DNA of 64,000 nt, taken from the IMG/VR virus record IMGVR_UViG_3300042731_007874; one strand, 5' to 3'. This DNA is from a virus. Made by a program: the position numbers and the translations under genes. Below are positions 24,525 through 34,229 of this stretch, piece by piece. Each line of letters starts with the position of its first letter. The stretch's first letter is position 1. The notes beneath the pieces were generated by a model that worked only from the letters and a program-made list of their open reading frames with translations, ran no database searches and had not been told where the DNA came from.

Positions 24525-26558
24525 ATGGGAAAGCTCAAGGAAGTATTTTTACATGACGAACTTCTCCAAGAAAATCTTCGATCTATTAGTTCGTGGGAAA
24601 AGACTCTTCGTGAACCTGCTCCGACTCCTAAAGTCAAAGCTGGCTTTACCCTAACCTATAAAGATTCTCAAAAACTAATAGAAAGCAATGATCTTCCATA
24701 TGGTAGACCAATGCGTTTTGTTGAGCCTTCTGGAGTTACTCCTATTTCTAGGGTTGCTCGAAATGAACCAAAAACGCTCTTAAATAAACTATTAACAAAA
24801 AAGAATATAAAAACAGCTGCTAGATATGCTGGTATCTTTACTGCTACAAATCTATTACTTCCAGGTCAGTTTTGGGCAAACGCCGTATCTTCTGCTGGTT
24901 TTGATGTCGCTAGACATGTCGCCAGCAAGAAAGGCATTACCGGATGGAAATCATTGGCAGTAGGAGTAGGAGGAAGTATTGCGGCTCATGCAATAATGGG
25001 AATTTCCTTTTCTGGGAAAGACGACTACTGGAACTCAATTGAGGGTTTATTTCATGGAGGAATGGCCGAAACACAAAGAAAACAACTAACTGAATTTGGA
25101 TCTGGTTGGGATTCTGCAAGAGCAATGGCTCGTTCTATCTATAAAGGAATGGACGAACAAGCCGCATTTGATAAATTTAGAAGAAGTGATTTGTTTAGAT
25201 CTGGTATCTCTAAAGCTTTACAAGGAGAAGGTAAGCTATTAGGTTCTGGTTTGACAGCAGATGCCTATGCCTATACGGCTTCAATTAAACACGGAATAGA
25301 AGGGGTTTCAGAAGAGCTTCCCTTCGTTGTTAAGAAAACAACAAACGAGAGAATAGAGAAGCAAATACTAGATAGGGCTGCCAGAAATATGAGCGATACT
25401 TCTATGGCGGCGATAAATAACCCAGCAAGAGAAGCAAGTTGGGCAGCGAAAGTTAAAGAAGAAGCTTCTGGATGGATTAATAATTTACAGGAAAAAACTA
25501 TTCAGGCCGAGGAAATGTCCTTGTCTAAAGCCGGGCAATATAATGCTCCTTCTCTTTATGGAACTGGAAAAGAATACGGAATAGGTAATGCAGTTATTAT
25601 GGAAAAGTTTGAAGGAGAAGTTCTTAAGGGTGGGTTATCTCTTAAAGAAGCGAAAGAAGCCTATTCTTCCTTAAAGAAAGTTCATCAAGCAGGAGTTACA
25701 CATACAGACCTTTGGAAAGAGAACTTATTCAGGACTAAAGAAGGCAATATTGGAATTCTTGACTTCGGGATGGCAAACAGATTAGAGGGAGAAGGAATCC
25801 ATGCAAAAGTTTGGAAAGGCAGAGAAGATATTATTCAAGAAGCAGCACAGTCTGTTTTAGGAAGAAAAACTTCGGATAGAGAATTTCAAGAGACTTTAGA
25901 TGTTTCTCGTCTTTACGCACATTATCTTGAAGGCCAGGGAAAGAAAACAGAAGCAGAAAAAATACATCGTTTCTATGGCTCTTTTTTGTCTTCGTCTTCT
26001 ACGTCCGGTTTAATTACAGAATCAGAAACTTTATTTAGAACCAAACTAGCAGCAGATAAAGCTTTGGGGACTGGTATCAAGGAAGAAATAGTCCCATATA
26101 TAAAAGCAACAAGAAAACCAACTGGATCTAATTTGGCTCATGCACAAACAGAATTGTTTGAGAATTCTATGGAGCGAGCGAAAACAAATGCATTTAAAGC
26201 TCCGGTCATACAGACAAAAACATCATCAGGATTAGGAACTTTAGAAGAACATGGTAGAGAAGCTTTTGCAGACACGATTCTGCAGCTTAATAGAGTTCCA
26301 AATGAGATTTTAGCCTCTCCGGTAGATAATGTTGCTTCTACTTTCGCCGCTGCACAACAATATTCTCCAACAAGAATTCAGCAGGATTTACAAATGGGAG
26401 TTAAAGCTCCTTCTGTAATGGCAAGTACAGCAGAGAGAAGAACTCAGGTAAGGAGAATAAAGAAATTTCAATCAGCCTCTATGGCTGCAACAGGACTAGG
26501 TTTTAAATCTGCAAAAAATGCAGGACGAAGACATAATAGGTTTTCAACACTTGGGTGA
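24525..26558 (+). CDS. large protein with an internal protein-kinase-like domain
   Basis: LGSGLTADAY, FVVKK, VIMEKFEG, HTDLWKEN and ILDFGMA motifs. Confidence 0.8.
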   Translation: MGKLKEVFLHDELLQENLRSISSWEKTLREPAPTPKVKAGFTLTYKDSQKLIESNDLPYGRPMRFVEPSGVTPISRVARNEPKTLLNKLLTKKNIKTAARYAGIFTATNLLLPGQFWANAVSSAGFDVARHVASKKGITGWKSLAVGVGGSIAAHAIMGISFSGKDDYWNSIEGLFHGGMAETQRKQLTEFGSGWDSARAMARSIYKGMDEQAAFDKFRRSDLFRSGISKALQGEGKLLGSGLTADAYAYTASIKHGIEGVSEELPFVVKKTTNERIEKQILDRAARNMSDTSMAAINNPAREASWAAKVKEEASGWINNLQEKTIQAEEMSLSKAGQYNAPSLYGTGKEYGIGNAVIMEKFEGEVLKGGLSLKEAKEAYSSLKKVHQAGVTHTDLWKENLFRTKEGNIGILDFGMANRLEGEGIHAKVWKGREDIIQEAAQSVLGRKTSDREFQETLDVSRLYAHYLEGQGKKTEAEKIHRFYGSFLSSSSTSGLITESETLFRTKLAADKALGTGIKEEIVPYIKATRKPTGSNLAHAQTELFENSMERAKTNAFKAPVIQTKTSSGLGTLEEHGREAFADTILQLNRVPNEILASPVDNVASTFAAAQQYSPTRIQQDLQMGVKAPSVMASTAERRTQVRRIKKFQSASMAATGLGFKSAKNAGRRHNRFSTLG

Positions 26559-26618
26559 TATTAAAAATTATTGTATAATTAAATTGTATAGATCTTTCTA
26601 CTAGGAGGATGATGAGAT

Positions 26619-27050
26619 ATGTCGTTTTTAGGAAGAGCATTAGCTGGTGGATTAGCTGGCGGATTAATGACTGGAAACTGGGGAGGAGCTGCCGGAGGAG
26701 CCGCAATGGGTGGTTTGGGCTGGGGGGCTTTAAATAAGTTTGGAGGAGGATTGGGGGCGGCTGGATATATGAGAAAAGGTCTCAACATGGGAGTTAGAGG
26801 AATGAAGTCAGCAAGGAATTGGGCCATTGGAGGCGCACTAAGGAATGCAGGTGGTAGAGCAGGGGTTGCTTTTGGATTTGGTGCCGATGCTGCTCAACTA
26901 GGAATGAGAGGGCTAGGTACGGCAAGTAGTTTTATAGGTAGAAATGCGTTAAGGACAAATCGAGTTGCTGGTTATGCGGCTGGTGCTCTTGGCGTTGGTT
27001 CTGCTGCCTATATTGGTTCTTCTGTCCTTTCCTCAAATCGCGGATATTAA
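26619..27050 (+). CDS. Gly/Ala-rich hydrophobic protein (possible internal virion/ejection protein)
   Basis: GxxxG-rich sequence; SD AGGAGG. Confidence 0.7.
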   Translation: MSFLGRALAGGLAGGLMTGNWGGAAGGAAMGGLGWGALNKFGGGLGAAGYMRKGLNMGVRGMKSARNWAIGGALRNAGGRAGVAFGFGADAAQLGMRGLGTASSFIGRNALRTNRVAGYAAGALGVGSAAYIGSSVLSSNRGY

Positions 27051-27056
27051 ATTTAA

Positions 27057-27830
27057 ATGAACTGGTTTGATACAAACCCATATGGCTCTAATCCATCTTG
27101 GAGACAAGGAGCCGCATGGAATGCCCATACTTTTGGAAGACAGCAATTTGCTTCTTCCTTTGCCAGACAGGGTTTTGCATCAACTGTTTTTGCACCGACA
27201 CCAAAAGAAGCCTTTCTTAGCCCATTTAGAAAAACTCACAAGTATGGATCTCCAGAACATATAAGCGGGTTAAAAAGAATAGCCGCTGCTTATCCAGACA
27301 ATCCTGGTGTTTTAGATAGTTTAAAGAAAGCTTCTGCTTCAGCTGGCGCTGGAACTAAAACTGGACTTTTGTCTAGGGTTGCAGGGGCTGGCCTTATAAC
27401 TGCTTTTATAGCGATGCCTGCATTTACAACTCCTGGAAGTCCGAAAGAGAAAGCCAGAGCAGTTGTTGGAGGAGCTGCTGGTTTTGTTGGTTGGGAGATA
27501 GGTTCTAAGGTCGGGATGGGTACTGGTGCTGCTATTGGTAGTCTTATCCCTGGTGTTGGAACTGCAATTGGTGCTGGGGTTGGGTATTTAGCAGGAGGGC
27601 TTTTAGGAGCAATTGGAGCTGACGAAGGATTTCAGTCTTTGTCTAGAATTCCGGATAGAATGGTAGAAAGAGAAAGGTCTAGAAGAGGACTAAATTGGGT
27701 TAATAACCAAACTGCCTTTATGACTCAAGGAGCGCACACAATGAGACAACAGTCTCTACAAGCAATGAATAGAGGTCTAATGAATTCTCGTTCTATTCTA
27801 GGAAGAGAAGGAGTAATGCTCCACAAGTAA
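27057..27830 (+). CDS. glycine-zipper membrane-associating protein
   Basis: GAAIGSLIPGVGTAIGAGVGYLAGG glycine zipper. Confidence 0.7.
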   Translation: MNWFDTNPYGSNPSWRQGAAWNAHTFGRQQFASSFARQGFASTVFAPTPKEAFLSPFRKTHKYGSPEHISGLKRIAAAYPDNPGVLDSLKKASASAGAGTKTGLLSRVAGAGLITAFIAMPAFTTPGSPKEKARAVVGGAAGFVGWEIGSKVGMGTGAAIGSLIPGVGTAIGAGVGYLAGGLLGAIGADEGFQSLSRIPDRMVERERSRRGLNWVNNQTAFMTQGAHTMRQQSLQAMNRGLMNSRSILGREGVMLHK

Positions 27831-30800
27831 TGCAAGAAGAATTTACCAGTAACGATCTGTCAGATCTGGAATTAATAGATTTACCTTTTGATATTCATAA
27901 AGTTATTCCTCAATGTCATGCTTGTGTTCGGGCACAACTTAAAAAATACGAAAAGGCTGTAGACGAACACGATCAGCCTGTTAAGGGAAAATTTCTTGTT
28001 AATTGTAAGGGAATCCCTAAAGACGTAATTGACCCCGCGCTTAAAGCATCTCTTTCTGATGAAGAGATAGAAGATCTTATATCGGTTAAAGATCCGGTCT
28101 TTTTTGCAAAAAAATACGTAAAAAATGACAAAAGAGAACCTTGGATCGCAAGAAAACACCAAGAAGATGTTCTTCGTTGTACAGCCACAAGACGTGTTTT
28201 ACGAATTTCTAGAAGAACAGGGAAAACAGCAGCTGTTGTAGTCGATATACTATATCAAGCGTTTACGAATTCGAATATTAAAATATTAGTAGTCGGGCCG
28301 TTAAAAAACCATGTTCAAGAAATTTTTAGCCGAATAAAAGATGCTCTTAATGCAAATCAATTTTTAGCAAACAGTGTCAAGCATAGTGTAGCTGCTCCAC
28401 ATCCTAGAATTGAACTTGAAAACGGAACTGAGATAAGAGGTTTTGCTGGAGGCGCAAAAGGCAAGAAAGAAGGTCTTGCTGTTCGCGGGCAGGACGCCGA
28501 TCTAATCTTCATAGAAGAATGCCTGCCTGCGGGGTCTTTGGTCAGTACATCTGAATTTGCAGTACGACCAATTGAGACACTTCAACTAAAGTCTCCGGTT
28601 TTAGGAGGAGACGAGAAGGGTGTTATTAACGGAGAAGTTTCTGCCCTGGGAACTAGGCAATCAGAAACAATAACTTTATCAACTGCTCTTGGGTCTATAA
28701 CATGTACCCCAAGCCATCCTATCTTTGATGGAAAACTTGATGTCCCAGCAGAAAAAGCAGACGAGGTTATATTTTCTCTATATCACAAAAATCTAACTTT
28801 TGATCGATCTGTAATCATTGCTCGTTTAGCAGGGTTTATTTATGGAGACGGATGGTTATCTGGAGAAACAGTTGGGTTTTCTGGACAAGAAATAGACCTA
28901 CAACAAGTAGTAGAAGACTGTGTGCTCTTAGGTGATACTAGACATGAGATAACGATTCAAGAATGTGAAAACAAAGAAAGAGGAATAAAAGGAACTGGTG
29001 CTTCTTTTAATTCTACTTATTTGTATCCTATATTTAAAGATATTTGCCCGCAAGGTAGAAAAGTTTATCAAGAACTGAAACTTCCAGATTATATTAAAAA
29101 TGGAAAACCTTATATAAAAACAGCATTTTTGTCTGGATTGTTTAGCGCTGAAGCGACAGGTATTAGATATCAAAAGAACGAAATTACTCCAAGTCAAATC
29201 CGATTAAAAATGATTAGCTCTAAAGAAGAGTGGAGTAAAAGCTGGTTTAACGAAATTTCTGTTTTGTTAGAAGAGATAGGGATTGAACATTCTCTTAAGT
29301 TTAAAAACTACACAGATCCTTTTTTAAATGAAGAACGATGGACTGGTGAAGTAGTTGTTTTTGGATCCCATACAAATTTATCTAATTTTATAAACAAAAT
29401 TGGCTATTGTTACAATGCAAAGAAGACAGTTTCTGCTAATAAGTTTATTTTATTCAATCATTACAAAAAACTATGGAGTCAAGAGTGTTGGCGAAAAAAC
29501 AGAACAGTAAGAAAATATATTGATAAATTTGAGAATAAAGAGATAAGCCAAATAACAAGAATAAAATTATCTACAATAAAATACCACAAAAACACCTATC
29601 ATCCATTATATTCAGAAAAAATTCTTTCTCCAGAAGAGTATATTAATACAATAAAATGGAAAGAGAATTATGTAAAATTGCCAATTCAAAAAGCGAATAC
29701 AAAACACAACAGTGAATTAGTTGATGTTTATAATCTAACGTCAACAGCGGCAAATAGGTTTTTTGCGGAAGGTATTTTTACTCACAACTGCGCATTCGTT
29801 GATGAAGATGCTTTGCAAGGAGCAATTCTTCCTATTTTACATACTTCTGCCGATGTTCGTTTAACGGCATTTTCTACTCCAACTCCATTTAAAAGTTCTT
29901 TTTATAAGTTTTGTAGAGAAGACCCGAACTACAAAGAATTCCATTACACCTATAAGGTTTTACCTTGGTGGCGTCAAATAGAAAAAGAAAAGATAAATCT
30001 TACTGAAGAACAATGGGATTGCGAATTCCTTGCAAATTTTCTCGACGGGGGTTCTGGTGTATATAAGCCATCTTACGTAGATAGGGCGCTTCATGATTAT
30101 CATTATGAAGAATTTACTTATGATCCGTTATGGGTTTATGCTCTTGGAGCAGACTGGAACGAAGTTCACGGAACTGAATTTGCCGTTATAGGATATAATC
30201 CATTTAGCAAGATGTTCCAGATAGTAGAGACCTTATTGCTTGAGCATGCAGAATATACACAGCTTGCAGGTGTAGAAAAACTGATTGCCTTAAATAAGAA
30301 ATGGCATCCAAGATATGTTTATGCGGATAGTGGCGGCGGGTCTACAAATCTAGAGTTGTTGCACCATACAGCCCATAAACATGCAACTACAAATGGAGAC
30401 CCAGACACAGCTAGACTACTACAGACATTAAGGGCTTATGATTCCGGCGCGTCAATAATAGTAAAAGATCCTATTACCCACAAGGAAGAGAAAAAACCAG
30501 CAAAAAGCTTTATGGTAAACGCCTCTGTTCGTTTATTTGAGCAGAATAAAATTTTAATCTCTTCTCATGACAGGATATTAGAGACACAGCTTCGTAACTA
30601 TAAAGTAGAAAGATATACTTCTACTGGGAATCCAGTCTATGGGCTAGAAGAACCAAAAGTTTTAGACCATCGGCTTGATGCGGTTAACTTAGCAATAGTT
30701 GCATTTATGTTAAACGAGAATGAGCTTTTCTTAACACGGCCTGTATTGAATATAGCGGCAGCGATCCATCCAAAAAAGAAAAAGATAGTTAATAACAAAA

Positions 30801-31021
30801 TAGTAGGTTTAGTAGAAACACCTCCGTCTAGAGATATAGAAGGAGTAGAAAGAAGAAGTCTTAGTTATGCTTCTCTTGCTGGAAAATTAGACGTAGAGAA
30901 TCTTCGTGCTTCTAATAGGCCCGGTTGGGCTACTGACACAGAAGAGATAGAGCACTTAAGATATTTACAAAGAAAACAAAAACGAAGACGGCATTCTCGA
31001 CCATCTAGGACAAACTTTTAG
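27830..31021 (+). CDS. terL: terminase large subunit (intein-containing)
   Basis: SRRTGKT Walker A, DLIFIEE|CAF Walker B, FSTP, RNase H-like GADWN and DHRLDA. Confidence 0.95.
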   Translation: MQEEFTSNDLSDLELIDLPFDIHKVIPQCHACVRAQLKKYEKAVDEHDQPVKGKFLVNCKGIPKDVIDPALKASLSDEEIEDLISVKDPVFFAKKYVKNDKREPWIARKHQEDVLRCTATRRVLRISRRTGKTAAVVVDILYQAFTNSNIKILVVGPLKNHVQEIFSRIKDALNANQFLANSVKHSVAAPHPRIELENGTEIRGFAGGAKGKKEGLAVRGQDADLIFIEECLPAGSLVSTSEFAVRPIETLQLKSPVLGGDEKGVINGEVSALGTRQSETITLSTALGSITCTPSHPIFDGKLDVPAEKADEVIFSLYHKNLTFDRSVIIARLAGFIYGDGWLSGETVGFSGQEIDLQQVVEDCVLLGDTRHEITIQECENKERGIKGTGASFNSTYLYPIFKDICPQGRKVYQELKLPDYIKNGKPYIKTAFLSGLFSAEATGIRYQKNEITPSQIRLKMISSKEEWSKSWFNEISVLLEEIGIEHSLKFKNYTDPFLNEERWTGEVVVFGSHTNLSNFINKIGYCYNAKKTVSANKFILFNHYKKLWSQECWRKNRTVRKYIDKFENKEISQITRIKLSTIKYHKNTYHPLYSEKILSPEEYINTIKWKENYVKLPIQKANTKHNSELVDVYNLTSTAANRFFAEGIFTHNCAFVDEDALQGAILPILHTSADVRLTAFSTPTPFKSSFYKFCREDPNYKEFHYTYKVLPWWRQIEKEKINLTEEQWDCEFLANFLDGGSGVYKPSYVDRALHDYHYEEFTYDPLWVYALGADWNEVHGTEFAVIGYNPFSKMFQIVETLLLEHAEYTQLAGVEKLIALNKKWHPRYVYADSGGGSTNLELLHHTAHKHATTNGDPDTARLLQTLRAYDSGASIIVKDPITHKEEKKPAKSFMVNASVRLFEQNKILISSHDRILETQLRNYKVERYTSTGNPVYGLEEPKVLDHRLDAVNLAIVAFMLNENELFLTRPVLNIAAAIHPKKKKIVNNKIVGLVETPPSRDIEGVERRSLSYASLAGKLDVENLRASNRPGWATDTEEIEHLRYLQRKQKRRRHSRPSRTNF
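28520..29788 (+). mobile_element. 423-aa intein with LAGLIDADG homing endonuclease
   Basis: Begins CLPAGSLV, ends FFAEGIFTHN, +1 Cys; LAGFIYGDG and FLSGLFSAE motifs. Confidence 0.95.
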
Positions 31022-31029
31022 GAGATATA

Positions 31030-31500
31030 ATGATTAAAGGGTATTATAAAAATAGTTCTGGTTCTTATGTAGAGATTTCAAAAGACTCAGATGTTTCTTC
31101 TCCAGTAACTACTACTCATAATGGGAAGAACGGAACCATTAATAAAGTTTTACTCTATCTTAAAAACGATGATGTTACCAAATGGTATTCGAATATTGTT
31201 GTTACTCCACGAGATCTTGTTGATGCAAACCCTTATGGGGACGTTATTTATTCTGAAACTGGTTGGGGAGTAAAATTAGCCGAAGGCGGCGGTCAAGTAA
31301 CAGAAGCTGAATGGGAAGATATTGATTGGGGTGCAAGTATTTCCCTAGATAATATTGGATCTGAATCAGCAGGAGACATAGCTACATATGTTCCGTTTTG
31401 GTATTATATAAGTTCTCCTCCAAATGCGCCTGCGGAGACAAAATTAGATATTGTTCTTAATGTAGCCTATAAAGAGAACACAGTAGCTGTTGTTGTTTAG
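31030..31500 (+). CDS. hypothetical virion-associated protein
   Basis: Beta-rich 156-aa ORF in the structural module; SD GGAGA. Confidence 0.65.
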   Translation: MIKGYYKNSSGSYVEISKDSDVSSPVTTTHNGKNGTINKVLLYLKNDDVTKWYSNIVVTPRDLVDANPYGDVIYSETGWGVKLAEGGGQVTEAEWEDIDWGASISLDNIGSESAGDIATYVPFWYYISSPPNAPAETKLDIVLNVAYKENTVAVVV

Positions 31501-31502
31501 CC

Positions 31503-31925
31503 ATGAGTGATTTAAAAACATTATTAAATCCGGACGATAAAGACATTCTGAATGCAGCTGGTGCAGTAACCTGGGTTCCAAAAAAACCTAGAGAAGTTTT
31601 ATTACCTTACGTAAAAGAATCTTCAGAAGAAACTGTTGAGCGGAACAGTATTGAAGATCGAAGAAGAAAATCTCAAGAAGTTATCGATGGGTATTCAAAC
31701 ATCATAAATGAATGTTTGAGATTAGAAGCAGAGATTACAGAGAGATGTAAAGATGTTTCTGTTACTTTAGACAAAAAGACAGATTTGCGAGTAATGGAAG
31801 CAATGGTCCGAATTTTTGGACAAGGAGAAGTAATTACTTTCCAACATTATCAAAAGTGCATAGAGGCTCTGGCTGATTTAAATAATTCTGCAGCAACGCC
31901 AATCCCGACAAAGGAGATTGTTTAA
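31503..31925 (+). CDS. hypothetical protein
   Basis: 140-aa ORF in the structural module. Confidence 0.7.
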   Translation: MSDLKTLLNPDDKDILNAAGAVTWVPKKPREVLLPYVKESSEETVERNSIEDRRRKSQEVIDGYSNIINECLRLEAEITERCKDVSVTLDKKTDLRVMEAMVRIFGQGEVITFQHYQKCIEALADLNNSAATPIPTKEIV

Positions 31926-32313
31926 AATGATGGTTTTTTCAGAAATAGATCTATCTCAAATAGATGAAAGTGACGGAGTGATAATTTACGGGAAGCTTTT
32001 CTCAAAAATACTAGAAGATTTTATTACTAGAGAAGACGCAAAACAAATGATGCAGACATCTAATTTACCGGTTACGACTTCGGTAGATACTCTTGTTAAT
32101 ACAGCGGTTCAAGTTGTTCCAGCAAGTGGTACAGGAACTGGTATTGGTAAAGGCACTGGGACAGGCAAGGGAAACACTTCTCCTATTTATAATGGATCTC
32201 AACCAAGTGCTGGATCTAGATTACTAGAGCAGCGCCGGAAAGCCGAAAAAGAACGTGGTTATGTTGAAATAAAAGCACAAACAGCTCCTATTGAGCAAAC
32301 ATCAGGACTATAA
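31918..32313 (+). CDS. hypothetical protein with GTGTG repeat
   Basis: SGTGTGIGKGTGTGKG stretch. Confidence 0.7.
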   Translation: MFKMMVFSEIDLSQIDESDGVIIYGKLFSKILEDFITREDAKQMMQTSNLPVTTSVDTLVNTAVQVVPASGTGTGIGKGTGTGKGNTSPIYNGSQPSAGSRLLEQRRKAEKERGYVEIKAQTAPIEQTSGL

Positions 32314-34229
32314 TGGCTCTTATTGACGATTCGGCCGTAAAGGTAAACTTAAATAACCCTCGTGCAGCGCACGATTATACTTTGGTTATTGGTGCTTTTG
32401 AGAAAAAGTCTACCGATCAAGTTAAAGAAAATTATGTTTTAGCTCCATCTTACAAAGACGTTTATTCTACTAGGAACTTTTCTCAACGAGTTCAAGAACA
32501 GATGAACTACTATCCAGGTATTCATCAGTCTGCCGGGCAGCCAACTTATGATCCGTTTTATACTAATGCAAAACAAGACTCTAATGAAAATTTAAACTTT
32601 TGGAATAACGCTCTTGATAATCCAAATTCTTTTATGAATGGTTTGCGCTCAAAAGAACAAGATTTTGACTATACTTCTATTTTCGGTTCAGATGCGTCGG
32701 CTGAAGAGCGAGCAAAAAATATTGGAAAGTTAATAACAGAATGTGTTCCTTGCTTTGATAGGCTTTTGGATTTAGACAACCTATTACCTAGCGGAGATTT
32801 ACTGGAAGTCCATCTATTAAACATAAAGATTAGAAGTGATCTTCTTCAACAGATTGCTGATTTGTTTAATAATCCTGGCGATTATATAGATATTTGTGAA
32901 CTCTTAAATTTATTGTCGTCTATTTGTCCTCAAGATTTATTAGCAATGCTTGCCTTGTTAACACAAGTACTTGCAAAGATGAATCTAGATGTAAAATTTA
33001 ACTTAGATTTTATAGTTAGTCTTGTTGGTCCAATCTTGTCTCCTTTCTTAAATGCTTTATCTCAATGGTTAGATAAGTGGATTCAGTTAATTTTGGGACC
33101 GATGATTTGTGTTGTAGATCACATTAATGAAACAATCATTACTGCTCAACAATTCAAGATTCCCTTCCAAGAAGCAAGAATTAGTACAGAAGCAGACTTA
33201 GGGATTTTAGGCGAAGCCGGGCAAACGATCTTTGCTTCTACAGATGATAGAGCAGGGATTACTGGCGGATGGTCTCCATCCGAACAAGATAGACTTCAAT
33301 TATTAAGAGCCGAAAAGTATAAGAATTCTCCTCCTGAATGGCCAGACGAAGAAATCGAAATGTCTCAAGACGAGATGTCGGAAGCATGGAATCCAACAAT
33401 GTCTCCTGAAGAACGAGCAAAAAGAAATGCCGAATGGGAAGCCAAAAGACAAGAAAGATATAGAAAACAAATAGCAAATTCTCCTGTAATTCCCAATCAA
33501 AGACCTCTTCGAGATGGTACTTTATGGAGTAATGACGAAATTCCTAATTCTGAAAAATACGCTAAGGGATATCGTTTTGGAGATGAATATTATCCTCCAG
33601 AAAAGCAAGCAAGAGTGTTAGATTCAGAAGCCTATTTTAACCCAGCCCCAGTAGTAAATAGTATTGTTCAGTTAAGAAATATACTACAAATGGGAATCCA
33701 ATATGTAGATGATTGGTTTACGTATATTACCCAAATGATTTATGACTTGTTGGGAACTGATGTTGGGTGGATGCAAAAGAAAACTGGATCTGCTGTTATG
33801 AGATCCCAAATTGTAAAGCTAATTATATTAATAAAATCTATCTTACAGGCTTGGTCTAAAAACGGACTCCAATGCGGAATGAATTCAAATTTAGACATTG
33901 CTCAAATGAGATATATCTTCGAAAATTCTCTTAATAAATACTCTGATACAAAATTTGAAGTCTTGGATAATGGCGATATTCGGATAACTCCTCCAGGGAA
34001 CGATCCTCCACCTGAAGTAATTGACAATACAGATTCTTCAACTGGTTCTACTGATACTATTGATGGTGGAGTTGATACAGGAGACATAACTAACCAGAAA
34101 GATGAAGAAAACGAGCAAGAAACTGAAAAATCAGGTATTATAGTAAAGAACTGTCTAAAAGATCTGTCAGCAGATCAACTTAGTGAGGCCAGACGGTGGA
34201 TTTCAGAATATGAGGAGAGGCTATCTTAA
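32313..34229 (+). CDS. large hypothetical virion-associated protein
   Basis: 638-aa ORF coupled to the portal start. Confidence 0.75.
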   Translation: MALIDDSAVKVNLNNPRAAHDYTLVIGAFEKKSTDQVKENYVLAPSYKDVYSTRNFSQRVQEQMNYYPGIHQSAGQPTYDPFYTNAKQDSNENLNFWNNALDNPNSFMNGLRSKEQDFDYTSIFGSDASAEERAKNIGKLITECVPCFDRLLDLDNLLPSGDLLEVHLLNIKIRSDLLQQIADLFNNPGDYIDICELLNLLSSICPQDLLAMLALLTQVLAKMNLDVKFNLDFIVSLVGPILSPFLNALSQWLDKWIQLILGPMICVVDHINETIITAQQFKIPFQEARISTEADLGILGEAGQTIFASTDDRAGITGGWSPSEQDRLQLLRAEKYKNSPPEWPDEEIEMSQDEMSEAWNPTMSPEERAKRNAEWEAKRQERYRKQIANSPVIPNQRPLRDGTLWSNDEIPNSEKYAKGYRFGDEYYPPEKQARVLDSEAYFNPAPVVNSIVQLRNILQMGIQYVDDWFTYITQMIYDLLGTDVGWMQKKTGSAVMRSQIVKLIILIKSILQAWSKNGLQCGMNSNLDIAQMRYIFENSLNKYSDTKFEVLDNGDIRITPPGNDPPPEVIDNTDSSTGSTDTIDGGVDTGDITNQKDEENEQETEKSGIIVKNCLKDLSADQLSEARRWISEYEERLS

